DNA of 64,000 nt from Octopus sinensis (taxonomy: Eukaryota). Made by a program: the position numbers and the translations under genes. Position 1 is the stretch's first letter. Each line of letters starts with the position of its first letter. The stretch covers positions 2,356,001 to 2,420,000 of the forward strand of contig NC_043019.1 of NCBI RefSeq assembly GCF_006345805.1, in the 5' to 3' direction. Of the stretch, positions 51,648 through 64,000 are shown in pieces. A model generated the notes under the pieces. It worked only from the letters and a program-made list of their open reading frames with translations, did not search any database and was not told the origin of the DNA.

Positions 51648-54590
51648 ATGCTCCTACTGAACATCAGAGGACTACTAACACACAGTAACAGGACAAAAGT
51701 CCCGTTCCTGAGAGATTTGTCGCATGCAATCAAGCCTTATGCATAGCACTCACAGAAACGCATCTGAAACCGGACATAGCAGATGCGGAATTACACATAC
51801 CACAGTATGTTGTACTACGGACCGACAGGAAAGAAAGAAGTCATGGAGGAGTTGCTATGTACATCCGTGGGGACCTCACACCCCAGGTCCTTTTGTCATA
51901 TTCAAACTCGGTGTGTGACACACTGATTGTACACATAAGGCAACTTGATGTAGTGTGTGTGTGGCTACATATCGCCCTCCAGATGCCCCAAGTCATATGG
52001 GCAAGTTTGAGGACTGCCTTTTAAAAATAGAAGAAGTTCTAACCACATTAGAACAACACATAAGTGTACTTCTCATGGGAGACTTCAATCTACCGAATGT
52101 CAGATGGCCCGAGGGCCTTTCTCTCCCAGGAATGACAAGATGTGAACGAGGACAGGCGAGGTCCCTCCTGAACCTCACCAACACCCTGTACATGGAGCAA
52201 GTAATACTCCAACCAACCAGAGCGGGTAACACACTGGATCTCTGTTTCACAAAATATGGATCTCATCCATAATGTGAAAGTGACACCGACACTACTCTCG
52301 GATCACAACATGGTAGAGCTGACCATGTACGGGCCAAAAGAGCACGGACATGCAGCCTACAAGAAACCCTCAGAGTCTTTCTAGCTTGAACTTCAATAAG
52401 GCAAACTGGAAACAAATTGAGAAAGAGATCCTCAAACAAAACTGGCCTGAATGTCTCTCCTCGCCGGACATCGACATGATACTTCAACAATTCATGTCTG
52501 TAATGCAAGCCATATGCTACAAATGTGTCCCAGAGAGAAAGGCCACTGTACAAGAACAAATCCCAGAGAGAGAAAAATTTTAATGAGACGGCGCACAAAA
52601 ATCTCAAATCGCCTAAACAAACAAATTGAAAGCAGTGAAAAGTCCCGCCTGAAAATAAAACTGTTGGAAATTGAAAATGGTCTGCAACTCTCCCATGAGA
52701 AGGAAGAGCAGACAAAGAAGCCTGGGCTATAGACAACATAAAAACTAACCCAGAGCTTTCTACAGGTATGCCAAAGAAACAGCTACGGTGCACTGTAGGA
52801 TAGGGCCACTCCTTGAAAAGGATGGCACACTCACAGGAAAACCAATGAGGGTAAGTGAATACTGAATGAACAATTCAAGAGTGTTTCACTCCACCCCTTG
52901 GGCTTTTCCAAATCAGCAATCCAACTGACATTTTTACCACTGCAGATATAGAATCAGAGGCGGCGACGTTAAATTACATCGATATAAAGGAAGATGATGT
53001 AATAAAGGCTATAGATGAAATGAAAATAGACTCAGCTATTGGCCCCGATGGATTCCCGTCAATCCTCTTAAAAGTATGTAAGAGAGTCTTAGCAAGACCA
53101 CTGCAGTTCCTCTTTCAGAGCTTCCTTGCAGCTGGCAAACTTCCAAGAAAACTGAAGGAAGGTAAAATATGCCCTATTCATAAAGGAGGTGCAGAGCGAA
53201 GCCAAGAACTACAGACCTATCTCTCTGACCTCACACATCAGCAAGGTCATGGAACGAATAGTCAGAAGGAAACTAATCACCTTCCTTGAAGAAAATGACT
53301 TGCTGCCTGACACCCAACATGGTTTCCGACCAGGAAGAAGCTGCTTAACTCAGCTCCTGCAGCACTATGACTGGGTGCTGAAACAACTGCTCAACCACTC
53401 AAATGTGGAAGTCATATATCTCGACTTCGCAAAGGCCTTCGATAAAGTCGATCATGGAATGATATGTCACAAACTGCGTGATCTTGGCATAGTTGGAAAA
53501 CTAGGAGAATGGCTTCACGACTTTCTGAAGAAATAGAAGTCAGGTGGTAGTAGCCAATGGGGCCACTTCCATTAGCACGCAAATAGTGAGCGGTGTTCCA
53601 AGGGCACTGTTTTGGGACCACTACTGTTCATAATGGCCCTCTCAGACATGCCCTCAGCCACGCGGAGAGCCACGATCACAAGTTATGCAGATGATACAAA
53701 AGTTTCACAGGTAATACAGAACCCTGAAGACACTAGGCACCTGCAATATGAGCTGGACGAAATTTACAAGTGGGCTGAAAAGAATAGCATGCAGTTCAAT
53801 GCTGAAAAGTTTCAAGCTTTATACTATCAGCATGCAAACTGAATGCAATACCCAAGGAATACACTGGACCCGGAGGGATTGCAATCCCAGAGGCACAATC
53901 AGTGCGTGACCTGGGTATTCACAGAGTGATGACGCGACCTTTCATGTACATGTTGCTAAACTGACAGTGAAATGCAGACGCCTGGCTGGATGGATTCTTA
54001 GAACCTTTAGAACAAGAGAACAGGAAACCATGATGGTCCTCTGGAAGACACTTGTCCTAAGTCACTTTGACTATTGCTCTCAGCTATGGTCACCATCCAG
54101 TGTCAAGTTGATCACAGAACTTGAGGCGATCCAACGAAGCTACACGAAGATAGCCTCTATGCAGAATGTAAGCTACTGGGAAAGACTCAAGAGATTAAAA
54201 TTATATTCCCTGGAGCGTAGGCGGGAAAGATATGCCATAATATACATCTGGAAGATCCTGGACGGAAGCGTCCTGAACTTTGGCATCGAGAGTTACGCAA
54301 ACGCCAGAACTGGGCGCCACTGCGTGGTGCCTAGGACTCCAAACTTGCCATCAAGATGTAGGACAAGATTCTGTGATAGCCTGGGCTTCCGAGGCCCACA
54401 GCTCTTCAATATCCTCCCGATGAACTGAGAGACCTACATGAGGTGGATGCAGATGTTCTTTAAAATGGAGCTGGATCTCTTCCTGTCAGGTGTCCCAGAT
54501 GAACCAACTTCACGGCAGGAGGGGCAGATGAGGGCAGCTGCATCGAACTCTCTCATGCACCAAATAGCAGTTGCTAGAAAGCCTCCATGA
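51648..54590 (+). CDS. LINE ORF2 (APE endonuclease + reverse transcriptase), multiple frameshifts
   Basis: LNIRGL, LTETHL, RTDRKERSHGGVA, LMGDFN, LDLCF, SDH; YRPISLTS, QHGFR, YLDFAKAFDKVDH, GPLLF, YADDTK. Confidence 0.95.
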
Positions 54591-55339
54591 AGTGAAACCA
54601 AGTAGCAACACAAATGGCGGTGCCCCAGCATGGCCACAGCTCATGAGCTGAAACTGGAATCAATCAATCAATCAATCAATCAATCATATATATACCTTCT
54701 TTCTACTATACGCACAAGGCCTGTAATTTTGGGGAAGATGGCTAATTGATTATATCGACCCCGGTGTTTAACGGATGCTTATTTTATCGAACTCGAAAAG
54801 ATGAAAGGCAAAGTCAGAAGGGGTGAAATTTGGACTCATAGCATAAAGACGAACGAAATGCGACTAAGCATTTTGTCCGGCGTGTCACCGAGTCAGCCAG
54901 CTCACCGCCTTGTTATTTGCTAAAATAGGAAGTATGACTTCAAATTTTGATACAAGGCCAGCAATTTCGGACTCCAGTACACAACTGGTACTTATTTTTA
55001 TCGATCCCAAAAGGAGAAAAGGCAAAGTCAGCCTCGGTGGAATTTGAATTAAGAACGCAAATACGAACAAAATGCTGCTAAGCATTTTGCCCGGCATGCC
55101 ATCGAATCTACCGACTCGCCGCCTTGCTATGAATATAGATATTAATAGTAAAACCAGTAATATTAGTAGTTGTACTTTCTAGTGTATTTTGACGGTATAT
55201 TCTGGTATGTATATTGGTCTATATTTGACCACTATGCATTAAACTTTAGGCTTGGTTTCGTGTAACAGCGCGGGAGATAACTTACTACATAGCTATTAGA
55301 TAATTCGTGAAACATTGTGTGTGTATGCATATACATACA

Positions 55340-55342
55340 TAC

Positions 55343-55430
<88 letters not shown>

Positions 55431-55448
55431 GGATGGATGGATGGATAT

Positions 55449-55524
<76 letters not shown>

Positions 55525-55554
55525 AGATGGAGGATAGATATATAATATATATAT

Positions 55555-55625
<71 letters not shown>

Positions 55626-55633
55626 TAGAGATG

Positions 55634-55712
<79 letters not shown>
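55340..55712. repeat. (GATA)n microsatellite
   Basis: Direct reading; may be the expanded tail of the adjacent minus-strand CR1 relic. Confidence 0.95.
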
Positions 55713-55714
<2 letters not shown>

Positions 55715-56050
55715 CTTAGACTGGCTTCGGTCATTATTGGCCCATGACATGACCAACACAATAGCACCACATAGAAAAGTCTTTTAGTTGATTATTTCGG
55801 GACACCATGGACCGCTCAAGCAGAAAGTTGTTGTTGGTTTAGAGGTACCCAGGTGTTGGTGGTTTATCCGGTATATCCTGGAGGAATTTGTCCTGCTACC
55901 CTTTGAAAGTTGTGGGGTCTTTTTCTACTTTAATTTCTTTCGGCATAACATTGAAAAGAGCAGGACCATTTGCAATGAAGAAATTGTTGTCGCAATGTTC
56001 TTATATGATGTGATCTCGACCTTTGTAGGGGACGCATTGCACGAGGGGGT
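55715..56050 (-). mobile_element. CR1-like LINE 3' relic
   Basis: NFFIANGPALFNVMPKEI...FLQDIPDKPPTPGY parallels the C-terminus of the LINE at 54360-54590. Confidence 0.6.
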
Positions 56051-56098
56051 GAGCTAGTCTTGAGTGAATTGTAAACATAATATTAGTGGAATATACAA

Positions 56099-56172
<74 letters not shown>

Positions 56173-56414
56173 TTTGAAACTGACTTATTGAAGTCCACCT
56201 GAAGATTGTCGATCAAGACAAGAAACATTGTAGTGGCGGTTTTTTTTTTACTTTTTATTTAAATTTTATGTATTGATTAAGTCTTTCTTGTTTGTTTTGC
56301 AAAATAGTGGTTTTGTCTCTATAATATTTTATAATATTTTACTATAAAATTGGATTTAATCCTAAATCTGATTTTTTCCCTGTAAATTTGGATTTATTCC
56401 CTAATATTTATTAT

Positions 56415-56473
<59 letters not shown>

Positions 56474-56474
56474 A

Positions 56475-56690
56475 CAAGGGCGAGCTGGAAAATTGCTGTC
56501 TTGGGCGAAAGAAAATACAGGAGGATCAGTCAGTTGTGATTTTATTCAACATATTCTCCTCTCAGATTAACACACTTGTTGCAGCGACCCTTCAATTTTC
56601 CTAAGCCCTGTAACAAAACTCAGAAGGTCAAGCCTCCAACTAGACCTTTCATGACACCCTTAAAGCCAGGAACTTTTCAGCACCCCTTCG
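56475..56690. mobile_element. Mariner-derived MITE
   Basis: TA flanks, imperfect TIRs; 3' half recurs at 45730-45835 and 47160-47265. Confidence 0.6.
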
Positions 56691-57148
56691 TGTATATATA
56701 TATATATATATAATATATTTATATTCTTTTATTCTGTTATTCTTTCACTTGTTTCAGTCATTTGACTGACGTCCTAGTATGGAGTCCTGCAAATTATATT
56801 CATCTGGACGGTTGCACCGATGATCTACGGACATTTATTTAAGTAAAATTACGTATTATATTAATAGTGAAACATGTGTGCGAATAATCCATATTTTTAT
56901 TGCTTTTTCTTTTGTCTTGCTCGATTACGTTTTGGTTCTTCTGCTAAATTTTTCTTGAGAACATTTCTTAGTGGTAAGACCATAGCGGATCTATTTCTAG
57001 TATAAGGGTGTCCACATAGTGGTTTCCCTCTAATATTTATATAATACAATTTTAGTGAACCGTCAGTTTTTTTATATGCTAGACCACTGGTGTGAAGTCG
57101 ATGTTAATTAAATTAATACCTAATTTCTCACCCTCATTTAAATTTACA

Positions 57149-57184
<36 letters not shown>

Positions 57185-57929
57185 TGTATGTATGTATGTA
57201 TGTAGTGATTGTCAGTAAATAAGAAGGATTTTTCTATTATTTCTTGCTTTCCACTTCTTAGAAGAAGTCAGAAGTGGAGCTAATCAGGAACATTGTCACA
57301 GGAATATGCTGACCCCGATGAAGCAACTGATCAAGCATAATTGAAGACAAAGATGATGTCGTCTGTAGATAACCTACGTCAGAGAAAGCTGTCCAATCAT
57401 TGTCAAATTTTTGCGTAATACGTGCCGTTCTTTCAGCAATGAAAAAAATAAGATAGTAAAGAGTTTTACTGCATTTAATAATGACAGCTTGAAACGATTT
57501 GTCGATTTTGACTGCAAAAAAAGTGAAATTGTCATCAACGCTGCGACGATGCTGGAAATTAATTCTGTTGATGTAGAATCCTTTACAACTGCACTGACAC
57601 CTAAAAAATTGTCATCACAGCCCACAGCGAATATAATATATAATTTAAATAACAAAAATATATTCCACTGCGTTAGACATGTTTACTTAGAAAGTTAAAG
57701 AAAAGAATAAGAATAATATCCACCCTGTTCCAAAATTAACTCACGCTACAATGATTATAAAGATTACGTTGCAAAATATTACCTACATGTTATGTGGCCT
57801 GCCACATTCTGTTGGCATATAAACATTATTATTTTGCTGAAGTTTCGCCTCAAATCAGTTCTAGAAGAGCAAAACTAAGTAATTCTAAGTAATTCCCACT
57901 GTGACGTGTGTATATATATATATATATAT

Positions 57930-58216
57930 ATCACTGTAATCACCGAGACCGACGAGGCTATCAGATGTAGCCACACACCGCTGGTCACAATGCGCTTCGC
58001 ATTGTTTAAGCCTTCAAATGACGGGCAGGCCAACAGAAGAAAGAGTGAGAGAAAGTTGTGGCGAAAGAGTACAGCAGGGATGGGCACCACCCCCTGCCGG
58101 AGCCTCATGGAGCTTTAGGTGTTTTCGCTCAATAAACACTTACAGCGCCCGGTCTGGAAATCGAAACCGCGATCCTACGACCGCGAGTCTGCTGTCCTAA
58201 CCACTGAGCTATTGCC
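57930..58216 (-). mobile_element. tRNA-derived SINE family C, tail type 3
   Basis: Same head and core as 24256 and 43665; tail AACAATGCGAAGCGCATTGTGACCAGCG. Confidence 0.85.
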
Positions 58217-58219
58217 ACA

Positions 58220-58255
<36 letters not shown>

Positions 58256-58344
58256 CACATTCACACACAAATATATATATATATACAATGTTATATAAGC
58301 TTACTTATATATATATATATATATATACACAATGTTATATAAGC

Positions 58345-58375
<31 letters not shown>

Positions 58376-58390
58376 ATGTTATATAAGCTT

Positions 58391-58451
<61 letters not shown>

Positions 58452-58499
58452 TATAGTTGAAATTTACAGAAAAAGAAAAGACGAAGACAGGTGCATAAG

Positions 58500-58740
58500 C
58501 AACAGTCTTTTACGTTCCGAGCAACCTCGTACTACCTTAGTAATGTAAGGGTCTACCTTAATGAGATTTTGCCGAATAGGAAGGTTGGACGCAAAGGTTC
58601 TGTAGAATATCCCTCGTATTTACCCAACCTCACACCACTAGAATTTTTTATCAAGATGCTCAAAAGAAAATGTTCTCGGTACCAAACCGGTGGCAGTCAA
58701 CGAACTGAGGGTAGCAGTTGAACGAGAATACGCATAAATA
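58500..58740 (+). mobile_element. Tc1/mariner transposase C-terminal relic
   Basis: LPNRKVGRKGSVEYPSYLPNLTPLEF is a degenerate form of FPxRWIGRGGxxxWPxRSPDLTPLDF. Confidence 0.55.
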
Positions 58741-59254
58741 TTATTTTCTACTCTAGGCACAAGGCCCAAAATTTTGCGGGTAGGATGCCAGTCGATTAGA
58801 TCGACACCAGTACACAACTGATACTTAATTTATCGACCCCGAAAGGATGAAAGGCAAAGTCGACCTCGGCGGGATTTGAACTCAGAACGTAAATTTGAAC
58901 AGACGAATATACACATAAATATGGTACGAAATGTTTCTTGGTGTTTTGCGATTTCGTTGCTTCGCATTATGAACGGTGCCTGGACCAGGACTGTCACCCT
59001 TTTGAAAACAGGCGTTCATTAAACTAAATTAAATTCTGTGTGTAAATTCTATTAAATTATGAAATGAAATGCATTGCAATTAACACTGACTTTATAAACA
59101 CTTAGTATGTGTCTACATATTGCGGACACCCTACGCACTCTCACACACACACACACACACACACATTCACATATATTGCACGTAAAGTAAGTTACATTAT
59201 TTTAAGTTTACGGTAGACCATTGAGCACTTTGTATCGTATATATTGAAATATAT

Positions 59255-59670
59255 AAGGCGGCGAGCTGGCAGAAACGTTAGCGTACCGGGCGAAATGCGT
59301 AGCCGTATTCCGTCTGCCGTTACGTTCTGAGTTCAAATTCTGCCGAGGTCGACTTTGCCTTTCATCCTTTCGGGGTCGATAAATAAAGTACCAGTTTCGC
59401 ACTGGGGTCGATGTAATCGACTTAATCCCTTTGTCTGTCCTTGTTTGTCCCCTCTGTGTTTAGCCCCTTGTGGGCAGTAAAGAAATAGGTATTTCGTCTG
59501 TCGTTATGTTCTGAGTTCAAATTCCGCCGAGGTCGACTTTGCCTTTCATCCTTTCGGGGTCGATAAATAGAGTACCAGTTTCGCACTGGGGTCGATGTAA
59601 TCGACTTAATCCTTTTGTTTGTCCTTGTTTGTCCCCTCTATGTTTAGCCCCTTGTGGGCAGTAAAAAATA
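59255..59670 (+). mobile_element. Head-to-tail dimer of SINE family B
   Basis: Second unit starts at 59489 after AAAGAAATAG, the same junction as in the 32.5-kb trimer. Confidence 0.9.
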
Positions 59671-60471
59671 TATATCGAAATATGTATTTGGTAATATAAT
59701 TACTCTTTCACTTCTTTGAGTCATTGGACTCTGACTATACTGAAGCATCATCTTGGAATACATACATGTGTGCGAGTGTGTGTGTATGTGTGTATGCATA
59801 TGTATGTATATGTATATATGTACGCGTTGGTGGGTGTGATGTGTTGTGTTCGTGGTTGTAGCTCATTAGTAACTGTAATGCGTGTTGTGTGCTACACGTT
59901 GTCGAGTTTTAGTTTTTATTTGTCTGTAGTTTAATGTGAATGCTAGTGTAACAACGACTATACCATGTCTGTGATCGTACATGTGAGTAGCTGTGCAGTG
60001 GGTGAACGTTTGCCATCCATCCTATCGGATTGTTTTTGTTCGTTATTCTACAACTTCCCGAATGTGTCTGTGTTTGTGTATGCGTCTGCATTTTTGCGTT
60101 GGTGTTGGCCCATCCCAGATGTGCAAGCACTATTATAACATAAGGCACACTTGTATCTTCTAAAGGATCGACAGCTGTTCAGAAATTAAGTAATTTCGAG
60201 AAGTGCAGAGAAGGAATAGCGTTTCAGGAGCAACTGTGTTTATGTTGTAGATGTGTGGCCGCCATGGGAGATCATCAGAAATTGTGAGGTCTGCCGTTTG
60301 TAAACTTTCGAAAGGTTTTAATTATAAACTCTTCATTTTGATGCAGAGAAGGCGTACTGTTATCAGTATGCTCCTTTGATATTTGTAATGACTTTATATT
60401 TTCGTTTGAACATATCACGTTGTTATGTCACCATCGGAAAATAGCTTTAGAGTTTCCGTTCATTGACAGTA

Positions 60472-61024
60472 TTGGGTTGTCCGGAAAGTTCGTGCCGATT
60501 TTTAAATGAAAAGAAAAAGGTCAATAAATACTTGCCATTACATTTTTAATCAACCAAATATGAACCATTTTGTTGCACAATGCGTCTCCATCTTTCCTTT
60601 AACTTGAAAATACCCTCTTCCCAGAACTGAGGTAGTTTCATGGGAAAGAATTCATTAAGGTATCTTTTTACGTCAACCAAGGAATTGAAATTTTTACCAT
60701 TAAGACCTGAATAAGTGAAAATCCGAAGGAACAATATCTGGTGAATATGGAGGGTAGGTAAACACATCCCAGCCGAGCTGCAGCAAGTTTTGTCTGGTTC
60801 CCAAAGCATCAAGTGCCGAAAATGAACTGTCTTATCTTCCATTTTAAAGGGTTACAGAATTAACACAGGTTATAGGAACATAAATCTTCTTCCACGAAAA
60901 GATATCTTAAACTGTGCTCTAAATGGAGGTATAGTAAAATCCTATTTTATGGACTCAACCATGTTCTAAAATAAGTCGAAAGTTAAGCTACTATAAATCG
61001 GCACGAACTTTCCGGACAACCCAA
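60472..61024 (-). mobile_element. Internally deleted mariner with perfect 30-bp TIRs
   Basis: TTGGGTTGTCCGGAAAGTTCGTGCCGATTT / AAATCGGCACGAACTTTCCGGACAACCCAA, TA TSD; N-terminus MEDKTVHFRHLMLWE fused to C-terminus KLKERWRRIVQQNGSY. Confidence 0.92.
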
Positions 61025-61429
61025 TAAATCACGTCCTATATAGGAATGTAGATTGCGGTTAGATGTCACATTTGTTCAAAATGTTATTCTGGAAAAAGCG
61101 TGTTTCTTTATAAGTGTCAGCAAATTGAGTTCCACGGTATGATAAACATTTGAGTAGAGTAAATATGTCTGCATTTCAGGATCGATGAAAATTCTTTTGA
61201 CTGTGGAAGACTATCATAGAGAAAGACAAACAATTGTTGCCGGAGTTGTTTTGTTGATATTGCTGTTGTTGTTGTTTGCTTCCATGCTAAGCCGAGATCG
61301 TCCAGACTTATGATCAAATACATTCCACCACTGGTCCTCGAATATTTTCAGATAGAGTTTATATCTGAATTCCCTGTTTGTGAGGTTTCTTTGTGATTCG
61401 GGATAAATTCAGTAGCGAATTCTAACAAG

Positions 61430-61730
61430 TCACATAGATGTAGAGGGTTTGTAGGACACAGCGTGAGACGACTGTTGTTATCGTTAGGCCTAACTCATCG
61501 TAAAGTCAATACCACCATGACTGATATCCAATCTACAGTGGAGAAGGCTAGCCACTGGATTTGGTTAAAAAGAGACGATGAGCGATGGCTAGAAGTATAT
61601 TGAGTTCTTATAACCAGCTGATCTAGCAAGCGGGGCCTCAATCAGTGAGGGGGGGGGGGCCGGTGCGCATTGATGCCGTCGAGAGGTAGCCCCGAAACGG
61701 CGCGCATTCTCTCCTGATGACCCCATACAC
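61430..61730 (+). mobile_element. RLE-type (HERO/NeSL-like) non-LTR retrotransposon 3' fragment
   Basis: CRGFVGHSVRRLLLSLGL...TVEKASHWIWLKRDDERW* resembles HERO C-termini. Confidence 0.7.
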
Positions 61731-62481
61731 TTGCTAGCTTCCGGTATACGGAGCTCTCAACTGGTAGCACTTGCATGTGCAAGTTGTTTGCAAGACATCA
61801 GATATTAGTTCATAGTTGAATAATTTAATGGAATTACATAACAAGCTCAGAATACGCTCGTTAGTGATAACAGAAGAAGACTCATTGTCATTATATTTCA
61901 ATGCGGTATTGTTTGAAAATAGATGCAATGTTCATATTAATCAATTAAATGGAGCTGCTTCAAACGGCCGTACTGAATTGACACCTGTACATCTTTGTTA
62001 CTTATTTATGTGCTGCTCACCTAACGTGGAATCTGCACATCGGAAAAACTATAGAAAGTATCTTTATAAAAAATACATGTCAGAATTACCAAGAACGGAT
62101 ATCTTCCCTTGGCTGGGTTGAGCTGTCTGCACACACGCAGGAATATTAGGTACTAAAACCTTTACACGGAGTCTTGGTATTCAATATTCAAATTGTTGAG
62201 GTGTGGGGATTATACCGAACTAGCAAGGTACCTCAATTTAAGTACTTAATTCAACTGAATCTTAATTATGTGTGTGCGTGTGTATGTATCAGCCGAAATT
62301 GCGAAGATAATCTGGTACTCGACTGAGGAAAGAAAACTTCGATTGACCCATCCTTGTTTTCTTTGTATCGTCTATCTGGATGTTTTGTTGTCCCATTTTT
62401 TGTCCAGATATTTTGAGTTATTTATTTATATTTTTATATTTATTTATTTATATTTTATATTTATTTATTTATATTTTTGTA

Positions 62482-62522
<41 letters not shown>

Positions 62523-63130
62523 TATATATATATAAGCGGCGTAGTACACTTTGTCTCTATATGTATATATATATAATATATATATATGTGTTGTATATAT
62601 GTATATATAAATTCATATATGCATGTATATGTATATATATATAGGTGTGTGAGTGTGTGTGTGCGTGTGTGAGTGTGTACGTGTGTGTATAACTACTAAA
62701 CACGAAACTCTCGGTCCTTGAGTCACTTATGTAACTTTACAATTAAGAAGTGAAAAACTACAAAAAAGAAATATATACGTGCTTTAGTTTTCCTATTGAG
62801 TACTATTTCTCGTATTTGTGGCACCAACCTAAACACGCACACACACACACACACACGTGTGTGTGCGTGTGATTTGCTGAAGTTGCTAAATTCGCAAGTA
62901 TTGACGAGGAAGCCGAATGGCTTCCGCTTTTCGAAGGAACTCTCTTGCAATATTTATTTTGTAACGATCCGCAGACACTTCCTTACCACATTCAGTGTCA
63001 AAATTTCAATGAACCTATAACCAGATACGCTATTTCTCACAAAATTATGATATAAAATAGAAATAAAAATGGCTTCGCTAATCATCTCCGATTTGTTGCT
63101 GTCTGACAATGATAACAGGTATGCGTGTAA

Positions 63131-63230
63131 NNNNNNNNNNNNNNNNNNNNNNNNNNNNNNNNNNNNNNNNNNNNNNNNNNNNNNNNNNNNNNNNNNNNNN
63201 NNNNNNNNNNNNNNNNNNNNNNNNNNNNNN
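63131..63230. other. Assembly gap (100 N)
   Basis: Direct reading. Confidence 1.
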
Positions 63231-64000
63231 TTTGTATGATGGTGTTATGTATGTATGTATGTATGTATGTATGTATATTGAATGCCTTTCAATTTCTTAA
63301 TGACTTTGCCCATTATTTATTCAGGCCATCAGTCCTTAGAATTCACTTATAAGGATATAAAAAAGATTTAAACTCTTCTCATTTTGTATCATACAACATT
63401 ATAGATTATTATACATATTGAGAGAATTCACGACCGAATTAACGTTCTCACAAGTGAACTTCATTCATATATGCTGTACAATACATTTCCTGCGGTAATA
63501 AACATTATTTATTCTCGGTCACCTTTACTAAACCACTCCTTGGAAATTGCGAACATTTTATTCCACTAGGCACAGGAGTGGCTGCGTGGTAAGAAGCTTG
63601 CTTCCCAACTATGTGGTTCCGAGTTAACTCTTTCTCTGCATGGTACCTTGGGCAAGTATCTTGTACTATCGCCTCGGGCCCACTAAAGCCTTGTGAGTGT
63701 GGATTTGGTAGACAGAAACTGGAGGAAACCTGTCGTGTATATACATGTGTGTCTGTGTGTGTCTGTGTCTGTGTCTGTGTGCGCGTGTGTGTGTGTGTGT
63801 GTGTGTTGTGTGTGTGTGTGTTGTCTTTGTGCATGTATTTGTCTCCCACCATCGCTTTACAACCGGTGTTAGTGTGTTTACCTCCCCCGTAAACTAGCGG
63901 TTCGGAAAAAGTGATTGATTGAATAAGTTCCAGAGCTGGGTTCGGTTCATTCGACTAAAACAATCGTTCAAGGCGATGCTCCAGCATGGCTGCAGTCTAA

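Larger units (their letters stand above)
50183..54686 (+). mobile_element. Full-length CR1-like LINE in a (TA)n target
   Basis: 5' UTR with tandem repeats, ORF1 from 50771, ORF2 with APE and RT domains, (AATC)n tail, TA repeats on both flanks. Confidence 0.9.

Overview
Eukaryotic, AT-rich, microsatellite-saturated genomic DNA, most likely an octopus/coleoid cephalopod; this is my recollection of the SINE families and the (TA)n load, not a database match. I found no host gene I can name. Most six-frame ORFs are microsatellite or antisense-TE noise. The window is mostly transposable elements. Retroelements: two very abundant tRNA-headed SINE families, three tRNA-headed SINEs with a shared core and swapped tails, decayed RTE, Tx1/L1, CR1, Penelope, HERO/NeSL and Gypsy pieces, and one apparently full-length, young CR1-like LINE (50183-54686). 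DNA elements: mariner/maT/pogo relics and a Helitron. That LINE has a tandem-repeat 5' UTR, an unusual Myb/SANT-like + CCCH ORF1, and a 3' stem-loop shared, with compensatory changes, by the dominant SINE. Several hammerhead-ribozyme-like motifs with covarying stems occur in Penelope-type short repeats, including a near-perfect 130-bp inverted pair. Weak candidates for host function are a CpG/CCAAT-rich segment with a perfect donor (about 9660-9900), a minus-strand exon candidate (680-915) and a miRNA-like hairpin (32250-32321). The 45.6-54.7 kb segment shows an indel signature that suggests unpolished long-read sequence. A 100-N gap lies at 63131-63230. Coordinates were counted by eye and element boundaries may be off by some bases.
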